A stretch of 64,000 nucleotides of DNA from an uncultured Phycisphaerales bacterium. GTDB taxonomy: Bacteria; Planctomycetota; Phycisphaerae; Tepidisphaerales; Tepidisphaeraceae. The stretch's first letter is position 1. The number at the start of each line of letters is the position of its first letter. The notes under the pieces are model-generated. The model made no database searches. It had not been told where the DNA came from and saw only the letters and a list, made by a program, of their open reading frames with translations. Positions 12,794 to 24,320 of the stretch are shown here, in pieces. Both the position numbers and the translations under genes were made by a program. The stretch covers positions 320,001 through 384,000 of the forward strand of contig CAVWLP010000002.1 in NCBI GenBank assembly GCA_963755915.1, read 5' to 3'.

Positions 12794-15174
12794 TTGACAA
12801 TTGCGTTCGTGGTTGCATTGATGGCGCCAGTAACGTCGCTTACGAGCATTGCTCGGAGATTACTTGCTCCCGTAACCACGGAAGTGCCTGCCAGTCTGAC
12901 AAGAGTGTTTCCATATTCTTTGTTGGCTACATCGAAGGATGAGTCACCGTTCAGCGGTAAAATAGGGTTGAGTTGAAGACCACTGTCCTGAGCGGTCTGC
13001 ACAAAGTTATAAGGATCGGTGCCAGCCACAGGCTCGCCGGTTAGGCCATTTGGTTGCGTTATATCGTAGCGAAAACCCATAACTGATTGGTCAGCTTGGG
13101 TGCCGATCGTGTTCTCGTACCAAGTCATCGGATAATCGTGGAAGGGTATGAGATTTATGGCTGTAGGCCCTTGAGTTAAAACCACGTTGACGGCGTTCGG
13201 ATATAAAAGTCCGAAGGCGGAAACGTAGTTTTCAATTGACGCAACGGGAGCAGTGGGAATTGCAGGTGCCCAGGTAGGTGGCGGTTCAACTATCAAGGCA
13301 GACTCCAGACTCGCGGCGTAATTAGCCGCCTCCGCTGCATCAAAAAGTGTATCTTGCACATGCGTTTCGGCGTGATCTTGCGAGTAAAACTCATTTATCG
13401 CTGTCGCATTTACCATCGTGCCGAGACTGTGCCCCAAATAATGGATAGGTAAGTCGTAGTTTGTCCCAAGGTACCCGAGCAATTGCGAGCCAAGCTCGGT
13501 TCCCTCGTTTGGAACATTATCCAAAGCTGTCGTAAGTCCAGGCAAAGATTCGCTAGTTCCCGCAACGGAACTCCAGTTCCAGGCGACGAGATTTACCGGA
13601 GTGCCAGCACCCGCGACATGTCCATTTATTGCCGAATTCATCAACGTCGCCATTTGGGAAGGCCATTGCGTTACGTCGTCTGAGTTCTCGCGCCAGCCAT
13701 GCGTTAGAACAATCGTCGGTTCATTGGGGTTGATATAGCCGGGATTAGTACTCGAAGTGCTTGCTGGATAATCAAAGGTACCGGTCTTCGGATCATATAC
13801 ATCGAGGCTCCCAAGGCTGGTAGCTGTCGGCGGTGGTGTGGTCAAAGAAGCGGGAGCACGCGCATTGGTCGTTTGTGTTGCTAAGCTGGGAATCAACTGA
13901 AATCCATTAATCGAGGCGGTATCATTGCTTCCGCCTTCAGAAGTGTTCGTGAGGCTGATTTCGCCTCCAACCGGACGAACGTTGTTGAATTCAACATAGT
14001 TACCGGTGACCCGAACGTTTGGATTGGTGTTGCTAGCGTTCGAAAAGGCTGGTGTGCCACCCGCGACCGCCTCGTCGGTTACATAGTAAGTGGTCGAACC
14101 GACTGTAATATTTGCATTCACCGATGCGGAAGCAGGGCTATCATTTTCAACATAGGCGACGAGAGTATAGTTCCCAGTTGGCACGTTGTTGAACGTATAC
14201 GTAGCAGTTTGACCGGGAACGGGTCCTTGATTCTGAGACGAATCAGGACCGGATTTGTCCTCACCGTGGAGCAGGATGCCATTGGGTGTCGAGCTGTCGG
14301 TATCGCTATTGTAGCCATCATTGGATATGTGCGTCAGAGTAATGCCAGTTGCCGCACCATCCGAATCAAAGAGGTCCTGCGTCGTTCCTGAGGTACCTGT
14401 GCTATTGTTCACGCTCACGGTATTGAAATCATCCTGGGGATCGACACCAGCAGTTTGGGTAAGACCCAGCTTTGGCCCTGCTTGAACGAACTGAACGCCG
14501 ATCGGTCCGGTCGGTGTAGAGACGGATGTTGAGCTGCCGACGTTCAACGTAAAGCTACCGACGTAATTAGTTATTCCGCTTGGCGTAGGGGTTGTGCTGC
14601 CAACCCGATCCAGGTTGTATACGGTTGGATCTGCCCAAGAGAAATCAGTGAGAGTAACCGGCGTACCATTTATGAGTGCCTTTAGGCTATTGGCACCGAG
14701 AACTGGATTAGGTGTATTTAATCCAAGCGTATTGTTGCTTCCATTCGGCCCGAAGGACGGCTCTGCACTCGAGGAAAGTTCCATGGGCGCAATGACTGAG
14801 ATATCGGGCGAAGTATCGCCATCAAAATATAGATTCATTGCCCAATCACTGTCATTGCCATTCGGTAAAGCGTACATCCAGAATTGATAAGAACCCGGTG
14901 CGAGAGATTCGTTGAGGGCTGTGGACGGGCTGGTTGCTGGGTTGATAAAGGGGGCATCCATCCCGGCATTTGGTGAGGTCAGATATAGATTCCAGGCGCC
15001 GCTGCCAAAATACTGGCTGTGGTCTGTGTCGAAGACATTTGTACCAGTCAATACAACCTGGCCAAGCATCGTTTCTGTGAGCGAAGGTAGCGTAAAAAGC
15101 AGGGCGACAGCAAGACCAATCAAACGGATCATTGAGCGACACATCCCATCCTCCGATCTTCTTTGCCTTCCCAA
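12794..15174 (-). CDS. Large secreted Ser/Thr/Asn-rich protein with an alpha/beta-hydrolase (lipase-like) domain; C-terminus replaced by the intron fragment
   Basis: Signal-peptide-like start, VLTHGW and HYLGHSLG motifs; visibly lower GC than flanks. Confidence 0.65.
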
Positions 15175-15240
15175 TAAGACGAGGGGAAATGCTAGATATA
15201 CCCTGTAGAGCTATATGCATCTTAACGGCATTTTGGGGCC

Positions 15241-15459
15241 GTGCAAGATAGATCAGTCAAGATTGTAGCGAGAATTGTCAGAAAGCTACGAAAAGAGCGC
15301 GGCTGGTCACAGGAGGAATTTGCGGCAAAATGCCATCTTCATCGCACGTACGTTGGAGCCATTGAGCGGGCAGAAGAAAATCTTACCCTTCGCACGTTGG
15401 ACAAGCTGGCAAAAGCTCTTAAGGTGCATCCGGCGGAACTTTTGCGAGAAACGAAGTGA
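15241..15459 (+). CDS. XRE-family HTH transcriptional regulator
   Basis: RKLRKERGWSQEEFAAKCHLHRTYVGAIERAEENLTL. Confidence 0.88.
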   Translation: MQDRSVKIVARIVRKLRKERGWSQEEFAAKCHLHRTYVGAIERAEENLTLRTLDKLAKALKVHPAELLRETK

Positions 15460-15517
15460 ACCGCTAGGCCGTCGCAAACCCTTCGCCCAAATTCGCAATT
15501 TAGCCGCCCCATTTGGG

Positions 15518-16300
15518 CTAAGCGAAAAGCGCATGATTACCGTCATGGACGACTGCACGTTTTGCCGGACCTATATGGTTTTGGTCAACGGTGCGACGTT
15601 CAGCATAGTCTATCGGGCGGGTCCAGATCGCGGCTAACGGATCAGCTTTAAGGGCTTCAAGTTGAGCGAGCCACACCTGCGTTGTAATGGGTGGCGTATT
15701 GTGAAGCAGCCGCAGCGCCAAGTTTCTCCGTCGATCGGCTGATTTACAGACCACGAGAACGCGAAACGGGAATTCTTTGTATTTATCCGGTGTGCCGCCG
15801 AAGCGGACCGCGAGTCCCCCGGTGCGGTAAAAGTCCATGTAGCAGTGAGCCCGTTGGGCGAGAACTTCCAGTGTCTCGGTGGAACGATCGACTTCCAGAA
15901 AAAACATATGTTCGGACAGTCCCCCATCAGGTTCAGTCTCATGAATGCGAATGAAGCCGTCTGGTCTTACGGTTACCCGTTCTCCTTTTGGCTGGCAGGC
16001 TCTGAAATGGTACAAGACGGGCCACGTTGAAAACTCCGCGACTCGAAATTGGGTCGTTCGATTCATCGCGTTGATGATGGCCGCTTTCACGTCCATCACC
16101 TCAAGTTCATGGCGGACGGTCAGATCGCCAACCTGGGCTCGCTTCTCAAAGTTGTTCGGGCCAATCGCTGGATAATCCGTAATGTGACCGTTCTCGCGCA
16201 AGAATCGAAACGCCTTGAGTGTCAGAAAGAGAACGGATGGATCGGATACTGAAGCGTCGGTCCCTTTAGTGGCAGAGTTGGTGGCGCTTCGCCTGCCCAT
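15518..16300 (-). CDS. Replication-relaxation (Replic_Relax) family protein, probably N-terminally truncated
   Basis: HELEVMDV, VRPDGFIRI, FFLEVDRSTET, PFRVLVV motifs. Confidence 0.7.
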   Translation of the reverse strand: MGRRSATNSATKGTDASVSDPSVLFLTLKAFRFLRENGHITDYPAIGPNNFEKRAQVGDLTVRHELEVMDVKAAIINAMNRTTQFRVAEFSTWPVLYHFRACQPKGERVTVRPDGFIRIHETEPDGGLSEHMFFLEVDRSTETLEVLAQRAHCYMDFYRTGGLAVRFGGTPDKYKEFPFRVLVVCKSADRRRNLALRLLHNTPPITTQVWLAQLEALKADPLAAIWTRPIDYAERRTVDQNHIGPAKRAVVHDGNHALFA

Positions 16301-17791
16301 TGCGGCGGGTTGAGCCCATCATCATCCCATACGTTCACGGCGTAGTCCGTGCTCCTCATATATTCCATCGATGGGAATGATCGCCCCCTATTGCGGTCGG
16401 GATCAGGAGAAGAAGGATGCGGTCTGCGGCGCGGAGGGATTGAATTTCTGTCGGACATGCCAACCTCCTATGTTGGAGGCCGTCACCCGAACTGAAAGGA
16501 AATGCTTGCGCCAACGTCCTGCGTATGGCAATATAACGCAAGTTCTTTGCCGGGCAGAGAGTTATGATCTCTATCCGGCAGGTTCGGGGATAGCCAGTTT
16601 ATCTACCGAATCAGCCCTCGCTCCACACCATTTCGGGAGCGGGGGCATTTTCGATTTCGAATGAGCTTAGGGTTGCCGTATATGGTGCATCAATGCAAAA
16701 GTTGTGCATCGGCGATGCATCGATGCACTCGACGGACTTCGAGGGAGTGAAGAGATGAAATCACGGGATAAGCTAGAATTTGTCAAAGCCGAGACGTTGG
16801 ACGAACAGATACGCGCAGCGATCCGCGAGCACGGCGGAAATTTGAAGACTTGGTCAAAAGCGGCGAGCAAAATACCGGATTTCCCGAAGTTGAGAACGCT
16901 CCATCTTTGGAGAGGAGCCGACGGCTACCGCGACTCACGCAACGTTTCAGCATTGAGATTGGCACTTCGGTTACGCCCGATTTAAAGTGGGTTCCCGTTA
17001 CCAACATTTGCTTCACAATCCCTTCTACTACGGGGTTTTCGTCTGGAAGGGGGAAATGTACGAAGGCACGCATCCTCCTCTCATCACCAAGGATCTCTTC
17101 GACAAGGTTCAAGAAGTAATGACTCGTCGCAGCAAACCCACGCCTATCCGCCTCAAAACCTACGTCTATCGCGGATTGTTCCACTGCGGCGAGTGCGGCT
17201 GCGCCATCACCATGGAGACGCAAAAGGGTCATAACTATCTGCGATGCACCAAAAAAGTGTCGCCTTGTTCACAGCCATACCTGCGGGAGGAAGCTATGAC
17301 GACGCAAATCATCACCGCCCTCACAACTGCATCACTCGCCGATGATCTCGCCGATTGGCTCATTCGCGAACTCAACGCCCGCCAAGAAGACGCCGCGAAG
17401 GCATGCGAAACGACAAAAGGAACGATCAAGCGCGAGATCGAGAACATTGACAAGAAACTAGATCGCCTCACGGCGGCATACCTCGATTCAGGAGCATTTA
17501 GCGCCGCCGAATTCCGCAAACGAAAGGACGAAGGCATCAATCGCAAGCGGAAACTCCTAGACGACCTGGCCACTCTTGACCGTCAACGCAATTTGCGGTT
17601 CGAACCGATCACTCGGTTCGTAAATGGCTCCAAACAAATGAAATACGTCGCCGCACGCGGTGATTCCACGGAACTACGGGCGGAAATGCAAAAAGTCGGC
17701 TCGAACCTCCAGGTTCGAGACAGAAAGCTGCACTGGACTCCCCGTGGTGCCTGGAAACTCGTTGTAGATAAAGGTTCCTTTGCCCACGTCA

Positions 17792-17821
17792 ACGCCGCGC
17801 GTGAAATTTCACGCGCGGCGT
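17792..17821. terminator. Perfect 30-bp palindrome just downstream of tRNA-Leu; possible terminator or att-associated hairpin
   Basis: acgccgcgcgtgaaa|tttcacgcgcggcgt. Confidence 0.5.
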
Positions 17822-17853
17822 CTTGTGTTAAAACTCGCCTCTATCCCAACGAG

Positions 17854-17938
17854 TCCGGGCGGCGGGAGTCGAACCCGCACGGGCATTTCTGCCCAACGGA
17901 TTTTAAGTCCGTAGCGTCTGCCATTCCGCCACGCCCGG
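17854..17938 (-). tRNA. tRNA-Leu (TAA), CCA not encoded
   Basis: CCGGGCG/CGCCCGG acceptor stem, acgga-cTTAAaa-tccgt anticodon arm, long variable arm, GGTTCGACTCC T-arm. Confidence 0.95.
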
Positions 17939-18099
17939 TTCGGGCGGGATTATCTTGATTTGTGCGAACTTTTGCCAATCGGCTGGCAGCGGCTTCCACG
18001 CCCCCGTATCCACAAAACTCCCGGGATCCGTGCATCACCACTCAAAAACGGCCCGATACGGCCAATCGCTTCGCGCACCGCGAATGAGCGGATGGGGCC

Positions 18100-19070
18100 C
18101 TATCGCCGCAGCATCACCAGGGCGAAGGTGCCGAATATGATGCAATACCACCCAAACGGCCCCAGCCGGTGGTGGCGGAAATAGCGCATCAGGAAGCGGG
18201 TGCTCAGATAGGCGCAAAGGCCGGCCACCAGCGCTGATACGATTGTCTCGGGGAGCATATGTCGGGCGGCGGGCTTCAGGAGGGACGGGACCTTGAGGAC
18301 GCCGCCAGGCCGATCACGGGCGTGGCGAGCATGAAGGAAAACCGGCAGGCCTGCTCGTAGCTGAGCCCCGCCAGCAGCCCGGCGGCGATCGTCACGCCGC
18401 TGCGGGAAATGCCTGGCACCAGCGCCAGCGTTTGGGTCGCGCCGATGGAGCCGCCTTCGATCAGGGTTAAATCTTCGGCGTTTCGGCGCTGGCTGGCGGG
18501 ATCTTCGGCCGGGTCGCGCTCGTCATCGGCTACGGCTTCGCCGGCGGCGGCGCCAGTGGCCATTTCTGTGGAATCGCCGGTCGGCTCCGGCGCGGCGAGG
18601 GGCGTCTTTTCCTGCTCGCTGGTGCGTCGCTTCAGGACGTCGGCCATCAGCATGACGAAACCGTTGAGAACGAGCACGGCCGCCACGATCCATGTCTTGC
18701 TGGGGTCTTCGAAGAGTTCTCTCAGTTTCTTTTCAAAAACCAGCCCCAGCGCGCCGACGATGACCGTTCCGGCGATCAGGAGCCAGGCGAATTTGCTGGC
18801 GGCGTCGTGGATGAGCTTTCCCTTTTGGAATCCGGCGAAGAGGCCGGCGAGCACATCTTTCCAGTCTTTCCAGAAATAGATGAAGAGCGCGATGGCGGTG
18901 GCGAGGTGAAGGGCGACGACAAAGGCGAGAAAATCCGGCCGCTCACGGCTGCCCAGGTCCCAGCCCAAGAGGGCCGGCAATAATATCGTCTGCGCCAGGC
19001 TGCTGACCGGAAACAGCTCGGATATTCCCTGCAATGCTCCTAAAAAGACCGCTTGCCCGAAAGTCATCAT
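18100..19070 (-). CDS. uppP: Undecaprenyl-diphosphate phosphatase, frameshift near 18300
   Basis: LQGISELFPVSS, PGISRSGVTI, FSFMLATP; C-terminal TM helices (PFGWYCIIFG) in the shifted frame, stop at 18100. Confidence 0.9.
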
Positions 19071-19344
19071 GGAGGAAAGGGTAAGGGAGTGGGGGTGGGA
19101 ATGCCAAATTCGAAGTGGGGCATCCGGCCCCGCGGCATCCAGCCTTCGCGGGTACCGCTCGGAGGCTGGACGCTTCTGCGGCGTATTCGCCGACTACGGC
19201 CCGGAGCCGTCCGCGGCTCCGCCTCCGGCGGAACGGCCTCCGGCCTTAAAAATGCGGAGTACCGCTCCTCGCCTCCGGCTGCGGGGCATTTGGCAATCGG
19301 CGGTCGGCGTTTTATTATGGGATTGCCGGAAAGCAGGATCGCCC

Positions 19345-20398
19345 ATGGTCCTTCAAATACTACGAGCCCTGTTCGTGCTGCTGATGGCCGCCATCGGCTA
19401 TTACTTCCTACAGGAACAGGTCGATTTCCTCGGCATCAGCGCCGTGGCTGATGCTGATGATCACGCTATGCATCGGCGTGCTGGTGGTCTGCATCGACAT
19501 TCTTTCACCGCGAAGAAAACTGGCCATCTTTTCCGGGACGTTTCTGGGGCTGATCGTGGGGATGCTGATCAGCTATGGGTTCAGCTTTATCGTGGCGCTG
19601 CTGGTGGAGCGCTATCTGCCGGATGCGTCGAAGGACCAGGCGGCCGCGATCACCAATTATCTTAATATCGTCATCGCGGTCGTCTTTACCTACCTGGCGA
19701 TCAGCTTCATTCTTCAGACCAAGGACGATTTTCGGTTCATCATTCCCTACGTGGAGTTTTCGAAACAGACGAAGGGTTCGCGGCCAATCCTGCTGGATAC
19801 GAGCGTTTTGATCGATGGCCGCATCGCGGATATCGCCGAGACGGGGATCATGGAGAGCCGGCTGATTGTGCCGCGGTTTGTGCTGGCGGAGCTTCAGACA
19901 ATCGCAGACAGCCCCGACAAGCTCAAGCGCAACCGCGGCCGGCGGGGGTTGGATGTGCTTCAACGGCTCCAGAGCAACAAGCGCACGGAAGTGATTATGT
20001 ATGATTCCTCCGCTCGCGATGCGGGGCCGGAAGATGTGGATGCGAAGCTGATGAACCTCGCGGGGGAGCTGAATGCGCGGGTGCTGACCAATGATTTTAA
20101 TATGAACAAGGTCGCCAGTTTGCGGGGGGTGGACGTGGTGAACATCAACGACCTGGCGAATGCGCTCAAGCCGGTGGTGCTGCCTGGGGAGCGGATGACG
20201 GTGAGATTGCTGAAGCCGGGGGAATCGCCGGGGCAGGGAGTGGGGTATCTGGTGGATGGCACGATGGTGGTCGTCGAACAGGGTCGGCCGCATTTGAATG
20301 AAGAGATTGAGTTCACGGTGACGAGCGTTTTGCAGACGAGCGCGGGGAAAATGATTTTTGGACGGCTGCCGCATGAGGCGCCTTCGAAAGTTTCGTGA
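19345..20398 (+). CDS. PIN/TRAM domain membrane protein (YacL-like), frameshift near 19445
   Basis: LLDTSVLIDGRI, RGRRGLDVL, TNDFNMNKVA, QGVGYLVDGTMVVVE; lies upstream of ispD as is typical. Confidence 0.9.
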
Positions 20399-20564
20399 GA
20401 GCGGCGGGGAAAAAAAATTCTGGTGGGCAGGCCTTCGGTACAAAAGGTAACAGTCCGCAACAAGCTGGGGATTTTGGGGAAATTGGGCGGGGGGAATTGC
20501 CGATTTCGGTTCGACTGAGCTCACCAAAGTCCGATTGCCGATTGCCGATTGGGGGCGGGTGATT

Positions 20565-21251
20565 ATGCCTTTATTCAGCGTCATTCTTCCGGCTGCGGGG
20601 CGCTCGGTGCGTTATGGGGGCGCGACCAGCAAACTGCTCCAGGAGCTCGCGGGGCGGCCGGTGCTGGGGTGGACGCTGGGGGCGTTCGCGCAGCGCGAGG
20701 ATGTGGGGCAGATCGTCGTTGCCACCAGCGATCCGGCGGTGGCGGAGGCGTGCGAGAAAGCAGTCGAGGGAGCAGCGGCGAAAAAGCTGCTGATCGTCGC
20801 GGGCGGGACGTGCCGGGCGGATAGCGTGCGGCTCGCTGCACTGGCGAGCAGCGATTCGATTGAATGGCTGGCCGTCCATGACGCGGCCCGGCCGCTGGTT
20901 TCGCAAGGTTTGATCGACCGCGTTTTTCGCGGTGCCCTGGATCACGGCGCCGCCGCGGCGGCGATGGCGGTGGGGTTGACTGTGAAGCAGGCGACGGGGC
21001 CGCTGCCGGCGAAGGCGAGGCAGACGCTGCCCCGGCATGAGCTTTGGGCGATGCAGACGCCGCAGGTGATGAGAAGGGGGGAACTACTGGAGGCGTTTGA
21101 GAAATGTCCGCTGCCGCTCGATCAGGTGACGGATGATGTGCAGTTGCTGGAGTTGATGGGGAAAGATGTCTGGCTGGTGGAGGGGGAGGAGAGGAATTTG
21201 AAGATTACCACGCGGGTGGATATGCAGATTGCGGGGGCGATTTTGAAGTGA
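20565..21251 (+). CDS. ispD: 2-C-methyl-D-erythritol 4-phosphate cytidylyltransferase
   Basis: ILPAAGRSVRYG, VHDAARP, AMQTPQ, TDD, NLKITT. Confidence 0.92.
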   Translation: MPLFSVILPAAGRSVRYGGATSKLLQELAGRPVLGWTLGAFAQREDVGQIVVATSDPAVAEACEKAVEGAAAKKLLIVAGGTCRADSVRLAALASSDSIEWLAVHDAARPLVSQGLIDRVFRGALDHGAAAAAMAVGLTVKQATGPLPAKARQTLPRHELWAMQTPQVMRRGELLEAFEKCPLPLDQVTDDVQLLELMGKDVWLVEGEERNLKITTRVDMQIAGAILK

Positions 21252-21321
21252 GCGGATACCCGGTACATCCTGGTGACCGGCCGAGCACTCTTAACTTCGA
21301 ACACAAATCGGGTGTCTTTTT

Positions 21322-21442
21322 TTTCAAAGGCAAATACAAATGCAATGCAGGAGGGGCGAGGGGACACCATATAAGGCCCCAAAAGTTTTCCCCTCGCCCC
21401 TCCCGCACCCTCCCCACTCCCCTTCCTTTTCCCCTCAACGCT
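21322..21442. repeat. Solo arm of the intergenic hairpin/polypyrimidine repeat family
   Basis: Reverse complement closely matches 35500-35650 and 58600-58750 but lacks their 27-bp insert. Confidence 0.85.
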
Positions 21443-21485
21443 GGCGGAAAATTCGGGCGGGCAAACCGGTCGGTGACGGTGTGAG

Positions 21486-21841
21486 TTAGCCAGGAACCGT
21501 GATTTTTTTGGCTGGGACGGTGCCGCATTCGGGACAGCGGTCTGGCGTGCGCGCAGGTCGTAGCCGCACTTGAGACAAATGTCCGAATTCTCCCGCAGTC
21601 TGAGGCGCCGGCGTTTGCGCCAGTCAATTGCCCAGATCGCCGGCAGAACCCCCGAACCGAGGGTCCACAAATCCAATCCCCTCAGGAACTGGTCCTGATC
21701 TGAACGTATGATCGGAAGTTGAAAGCTGCCCGTCCTTAGGAAGGAACTCCATCTGCAATAAAGTATCACTGACTGAAGGATTAGGAATATCAAGAAGAGG
21801 ATCAGTGAACATGCGCTAAGCGTGTGGAACGTCAACCGCAA
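21486..21841 (-). CDS. Small membrane protein with C-terminal CxxCGYDLRA..RCPECG zinc ribbon, one frameshift
   Basis: CLKCGYDLRA followed by PDRCPECGTVP in the shifted frame; two hydrophobic segments. Confidence 0.7.
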
Positions 21842-22179
21842 CGGTGATGTTTGCGCCGGACGGGTGAGGGCGATTAGGCCGCATCAATTACATTTTATCG
21901 TGATGGCTTGAATAGCCGTAGCGAATTTTGAATCATTCTTGAAGGTAGTTCACGGCTGCGCCAGAGGATTTGGGAGTTATTTGCGGCCCTCACCCGCGCG
22001 GGCTTTCGCCCGCTTGCCCTCTCCCGGCGTACCGAGAGAGGGGGAAATGCGCGCCGCCGGCGTACGAATCTTGTCACCAATTTTGAATCCGCCTGGTCCA
22101 ATAACAGTATTAACGCAAATCGAATATGCCCGTTGGCGGCCATCTCCCGATGAACCCCGACACTCGCCAAAGGGATTTC

Positions 22180-22839
22180 ATGAAGCTCGCGAAGATCATG
22201 TGCGCCGTAATCGGTGTCGTTATTCCAGCCTTATCAGCTTCCGCCCAGTCAATTGATGTCACGGTGCCTGGCTTGTCTGGTCCGTGGTTATGGCAAAGTG
22301 GCGGTCAAAATTCGTCCTACTCATACAGCGTTGGCGACGAATCCGCTCCCACAGTGGTTACGGATGTCGGCAGCATTTCCATAGCGCCGGCGCAGCAATT
22401 GACGATTGCTTACCTGAGCGGCACAGAGTCGGCGGGACCGACGTGGCCGTTCGTTACGGCTCAGGGTGATACGAGCGTCGTCATCAATAACAATCCCGAT
22501 TACAACGGCACCGGCCCATTCCCCAGCTTCTACATGCCGACCGGAGACTACCCGGTTTACATATCCGAGCTTGTTGGGACATTCGCAGATTCAAGCGGCG
22601 ATATCGTGGGCCTTCCGTTCCCTATCGGCCTCTCGGCGGAGGTAACTGTGCCGAGCGGTGCTTCACAATTACAGCTTGGCGTGAACGATGGCTTATATAG
22701 CGACAACGTCGGTGGATTCAACGTGCAGGTTTCGGAATCGACAGTGCCGGAACCCGCGTCATTTGTGCTGGTCAGCGTTGCTGGGTTTGGGTTGATGGCA
22801 CGCAGGGAGATCGCGCCGCGCGAGAAAGTAGAGCAGTAG
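22180..22839 (+). CDS. PEP-CTERM sorting-domain secreted protein
   Basis: Signal peptide; LQLGVNDGLYSDNVGGF; VPEPASFVLVSVAGFGLMARR. Confidence 0.88.
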   Translation: MKLAKIMCAVIGVVIPALSASAQSIDVTVPGLSGPWLWQSGGQNSSYSYSVGDESAPTVVTDVGSISIAPAQQLTIAYLSGTESAGPTWPFVTAQGDTSVVINNNPDYNGTGPFPSFYMPTGDYPVYISELVGTFADSSGDIVGLPFPIGLSAEVTVPSGASQLQLGVNDGLYSDNVGGFNVQVSESTVPEPASFVLVSVAGFGLMARREIAPREKVEQ

Positions 22840-23013
22840 AGAAAAGCATGTCGTCCCTGCCGCACCCTCCTCACTCCCCGCGCTGCGCGAGAGAGTTGAG
22901 CAGTGGACAGTAGAGCAGTAGAGAAATAGCAATGCGGGGGATAGATAATTGGGTGGGGAGAAGTCCAATTTTCAGTCTGACCTTCCCCACGTTCGGTGGG
23001 CGCGGCCAAATCG

Positions 23014-23874
23014 TCAGTTCAGGCTGGCCTCGAACGCTTCGGGGCTTTGGTAGCCTATCGCCGAGTGACGTCTCTGGCGATTGTAAAACACTTCAATGTA
23101 CTCAAAGATCGAACGCCGAGCCTCCGCTTGCGTTGCGTAGTGCTCGTGATAAATGAGCTCCGTCTTCAGCGTGCTGAAAAAGCTCTCCATCACCGCGTTG
23201 TCGTAGCAATTGCCGGTGCGGCTCATGCTCCGCTCCATCCCATGCTCCGCCAGCATCTGTCGATAAGTCTCGCAGGCGTATTGGACACCGCGATCGGAGT
23301 GGTGCAGCAAACCTCGCTCCGGTCGGCGATGTGTCAGCGCCATCGATATCGCTTCCAGACACAGCTCACTTCGCAGATGATCGGCCATCGACCAGCCGAC
23401 TATTTTCCGACTGCACAGGTCGATCACGGCCGCCAGGTATAGGAATCCTTCATCCGTCGGAACGTAGGTGATGTCGCAGCACCACTTGCGGTTGGGCGCC
23501 TCAGTTGCGAACTGGCGGTCCAGCACATTGGCCGCGACCGGCTCATCGTGATTCGAATCGGTGGTATGGACGACGAATCGCCGGCGAATCCGCGATTGCA
23601 ATCCGGCCTGTTTCATCAGACGCGCCACCGTGTTCACGCAGACGCTCACCTGCCGATCCGCCAGCTCCGCGTGCACCCGCGGGCTGCCGTAGGTATAGCG
23701 ACTCTCCTCATGAACCTCGCGGATCTTCTCAGTCAGCTCTTCCCGGCGCTTGTGCCGCGGGCTGGCTGGACGTTTCAGCCAGGCGTAATACCCGCTGCGG
23801 CTGACTTCCAGCGCATCGCACAATGCGGCCAGATCGAACGGGTCCCAATGTTCTTTGATCCAGGCGAATCTCAT
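23014..23874 (-). CDS. IS3 OrfB integrase core
   Basis: WCCDITY, HSDRGVQY, CYDNAVMESFF. Confidence 0.95.
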   Translation of the reverse strand: MRFAWIKEHWDPFDLAALCDALEVSRSGYYAWLKRPASPRHKRREELTEKIREVHEESRYTYGSPRVHAELADRQVSVCVNTVARLMKQAGLQSRIRRRFVVHTTDSNHDEPVAANVLDRQFATEAPNRKWCCDITYVPTDEGFLYLAAVIDLCSRKIVGWSMADHLRSELCLEAISMALTHRRPERGLLHHSDRGVQYACETYRQMLAEHGMERSMSRTGNCYDNAVMESFFSTLKTELIYHEHYATQAEARRSIFEYIEVFYNRQRRHSAIGYQSPEAFEASLN

Positions 23875-24173
23875 GGGTTCTGGCTGGCGAAGTAGGCCGT
23901 CGCTTTTTTTAAAATCTCCTTCTCGGTTTCGACCCGCCGCAATTGCTTTTGCAACTCGCGGATGCGGGCCTTGAGCAGCGTCGGATCGTTGGTGTCTGGA
24001 AACGCGGGCTCCTCAGCCGCGGGCTTGATCAGTCCACGTTTTTTCATCCAGTGATGCACGATGTGCACCGGAAGGCCCAGTTCCTGGGCCGCTTTCCTTT
24101 GTGTGTAGCCTTGATCGGTGACGAGTTTGCAGGCTTCGTCCTGAAACTCCCTGGAATAATGTTTGCGTCCCAT
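23871..24173 (-). CDS. IS3 OrfA HTH protein
   Basis: YSREFQDEA...EKEILKKATAYFA. Confidence 0.93.
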   Translation of the reverse strand: MGRKHYSREFQDEACKLVTDQGYTQRKAAQELGLPVHIVHHWMKKRGLIKPAAEEPAFPDTNDPTLLKARIRELQKQLRRVETEKEILKKATAYFASQNP

Positions 24174-24320
24174 GGCAATTCGCTCCTTCAGCCGGATTAT
24201 CCGGCTTCAGGCCGCGCCCACCAAACGTGGGGAAGGTCAGTCTGGGAGTTTTGCGTTTGCGATTCCGCCGGTGAGGACACCGGCGGCACTTGATGGACGG
24301 AAAATAGGCGCACGCGTGCG

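Larger units (their letters stand above)
16987..17958 (+). pseudogene. C-terminal half of a large serine recombinase (recombinase, zinc ribbon, coiled coil); catalytic domain missing
   Basis: LLHNPFYYG, GTHPPLITKDLFDKVQ, GLFHCGECG, YLRC; frame runs antisense through the tRNA. Confidence 0.8.
22978..24239 (-). mobile_element. IS3 family insertion sequence, apparently intact
   Basis: ~30-bp inverted repeats TGACCTTCCCCACGTT..; 3-bp target duplication GTC; A7G slippery site at 23903-23910. Confidence 0.95.

Noticed and set aside
22827-22926. 18-bp direct repeat agtagagcagtagagaaa, resembling the intron 3' end
   Set aside because: No domain V nearby; more likely a short simple-repeat relic.
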